Shown: positions 62,019-64,000 of the stretch, piece after piece
Layout of the letters: every line of letters starts with the position of its first letter
Position numbering within the stretch: position 1 is the stretch's first letter
NCBI GenBank assembly: GCA_002269645.1
Contig: NIVC01003410.1
Span: 1 to 64,000 of the forward strand
Source of the DNA: Macrostomum lignano
Lineage: Eukaryota
Direction: 5' to 3'
Length of the DNA stretch: 64,000 nucleotides
Position numbers and translations under genes: made by a program
Notes under the pieces: model-generated
The model's database searches: none
What the model was told of the DNA's origin: nothing
Seen by the model: only the letters and a program-made list of their open reading frames with translations

Positions 62019-63119
62019 TCAATACTTGTAATTCGTACTTGACCTTGCTCTCAACAAAGCTTCCTGTGCTTTCAATTTTTTAGTTTGTTCCGGCAGTCGA
62101 TGAGACCTTCGGCGCATGTGCTTGTTAAAGATCTTTTTTGAGGCCTTAAATGGGCCCTTCATAATGAACTTAATCGCTTCTGCGGGTCAAGAATTGGGTA
62201 AGGAAAGTAAAGTGTCATTCTTTAATTAAAGATACTGTTTGTAAACAATTTTGTAAACACTACAAAAATACAAAATTCACGGCAATTTTCTAATTTTGGC
62301 GCTATCGAGACTCGTGATTTGATGCAATCTACATTTGGATTTGGCGCCATCTGCATTCGTGATTTGGCGCCATCTGCATTCGTGATTTGGCGCCTTCTAA
62401 GTTCATGATTTGGCGCCTTCTACATTTGTGATTTGGCGCATCTACATTTGTGATTTGGCGCCTTCTACATTCGTGATTTGGCGCCTTCTACATTCGTGAT
62501 CTGGCGCCATCTGCATTCGTGATTTGGTGCCAGCTGCATTCGTGATCTGGCGCCATCTGCATTCGTGATTTGGCGCCATCTACAATCGTGGTACGGCGCC
62601 ATCTGCATTCGTGATTTGGCGCCATCTACAATCGTGGTACGGCGCCATCTGCATTCGTGGAAGCCTCTTATGAAAAGCAACATTATGCCTAATATAATAA
62701 TAATAATTGATTACACCTGTCATATTGGGCCAGATGTGCAACCGACAGCTCAGCCGCAGCTATTGCGCGGCGCATCTGAAGGCTGCGTACGGCTGTTCAG
62801 TCCAAGGACTGGAAGGGGTCGCCACACACACCCTCAATTACCCCAGCTAATGCTGGCACCCATTTTACAGCTGGGGTGAACTGAAGCAATGCAGAGTTAA
62901 GTGTCTTGCTCAAGGACACAAATTGTTCCAGTGGGATCGGGAAACGAACCCCCGACCTTCAAGTCTTAACCACAAGGCTACAACCCCAGGCAAGGCAAGT
63001 GTTACAATTATGCTTTAAAAAAGCTTACTTGCAGGTGTGCAGCAATCGCCAGTCTGAATAAACTCTGAAAGCAGCAATAGAACACCAACCAGAAGCAGCG
63101 CTCTGGTCGCCAAATGCAT
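62019..63119 (-). CDS. Small secreted cationic peptide 3 (83 aa precursor)
   Basis: Exon 1 63119-63029 MHLATRALLLVGVLLLLSEFIQTGDCCTPA (donor A|GTAAGC, phase 1). Exon 2 62179-62019 (acceptor CCGCAG) gives KAIKFIMKGPFKASKKIFNKHMRRRSHRLPEQTKKLKAQEALLRARSSTNYKY*. Confidence 0.8.
62310..62660. repeat. 23-bp minisatellite (GATTTGGCGCCATCTGCATTCGT) in the intron of peptide gene 3
   Basis: About 14 copies. Confidence 0.93.
62690..62987 (-). mobile_element. tRNA-derived SINE with CORE/MIR-like central domain
   Basis: The minus strand starts GGGGTTGTAGCCTTGTGG (A box) and GGTTCGTTTCC (B box). The + strand reads CCCATTTTACAGCTGGGGTGAACTGAAGC...GTTAAGTGTCTTGCTCAAGGACAC, similar to the reversed MIR/CORE consensus as recalled. 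(TTA)n-type tail at 62690-62707. Confidence 0.7.
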
Positions 63120-63629
63120 GGCGATGAAAGCAGACTCCGCAGCCGAGCCAGAAGTATCTGCAGAATAATAATGCTACCTTTTTTCTGTTTAAATTGCCGC
63201 CGTAATAAAAATTTGATCTCTCTATATGTGAACAGATTGGCTGAGGCGCGAGTGCCATAGACGCTTATCTGCACTCAGTTGTACCAAATCTATAAATACA
63301 TTCTGGCGCTACAGAAAACAATCGGAATCAATAAATTAAGTGAGCTTCAAATACCATCAAACATATCTAGCATTTTATTTCTGCATTATTTACAGTAGTA
63401 AAAACGCGAAAAAAAAATATTTAATTATTTAACATTTATAAAAATTTTTTAATAACTATTCTACAAATGTACTTAAAAAGTAGAAATGTATGGAAAATAC
63501 GTTGAAAAAGCCTTTTTTGCAACTCTGAACTCTCTTATAATTATATATTACTTTATTGCAAAATTCCAGTCTTGTTTTAGCTATTTCAAAGTCCCCCCAT
63601 CATTGTGTGATAACTTTGGCACAACTCCC

Positions 63630-64000
63630 CCAGATTAGCACTACTCCCCCAGATTAGCACCACTCCCCCAGATTAGCACCACTCCCCCGGTAAGCACTCC
63701 CCCGCTCCCCCTGCTTAGCACCACTCCCCCCGCTAAGCACTCCCCCCGCTCCCCCTGCTTAGCACCACTCCCCCCGGTAAGCACTCCCCCGCTCCCCCTG
63801 CTTAGCACCACTCCCCCGCTAAGCACTCCCCCCGCTCCCCAGATTAGCACCACTCCCCCCACTAAGCACTCCCCCCGCTCCCCAGATTAGCACCACTCCC
63901 CAGATTAGCACCACTCCCCCAGATTAGCACCACTCCCCAGATTAGCACCACTCCCCCAGATTAGCACCAGTCCCCCCGCTAAGCACCACTCCCCAGATTA
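63630..64000. repeat. C-rich compound minisatellite (CCCAGATTAGCACCACTCC and related units), runs off the right edge
   Basis: Two related unit types with C5-C6 runs. Confidence 0.93.

Noticed and set aside
57438-63119. Alternative model joining the 63119-63029 signal exon directly to exon 57772-57438
   Set aside because: Phase-compatible, but each exon has a nearer partner (62179-62019 and 59118-59208), so three separate genes is simpler. Cross-gene splicing cannot be excluded without RNA data.

Overview
Eukaryotic (animal) genomic DNA with GT-AG introns, GC-rich exons, AT-rich flanks and very many micro/minisatellites. The style is consistent with a free-living flatworm such as Macrostomum (inference only). 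Left to right: the 5' end of a probable GPCR gene (-); two tandem intronless PAN/apple + C-type lectin genes (+); a PAN + LamG/concanavalin-like gene (+); a TRP channel gene with seven-plus 73-aa ankyrin-like units fused to a TRPM-like pore/TRP-box/coiled coil (-); decayed Ty3/gypsy, non-LTR and piggyBac fragments; a 6-exon PAQR3-like gene (+) converging on a 16-exon nardilysin (M16A) gene (-); an RNase H-bearing non-LTR 3' fragment. At 55.3-63.1 kb is a tandem cluster of three paralogous two-exon genes for small secreted, strongly cationic peptides. None of the three appears as a complete ORF in the supplied track; they share a phase-1 intron, a predicted N-terminal Cys after the signal peptide, and a K-x-x-[YF]-K-x6-N-K core. 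This cluster is the best candidate for an undescribed system. Most longer introns carry their own minisatellite. Single-base indels interrupt four otherwise intact genes, mostly in base runs, suggesting long-read assembly error. All gene models are manual translations; no searches were run.
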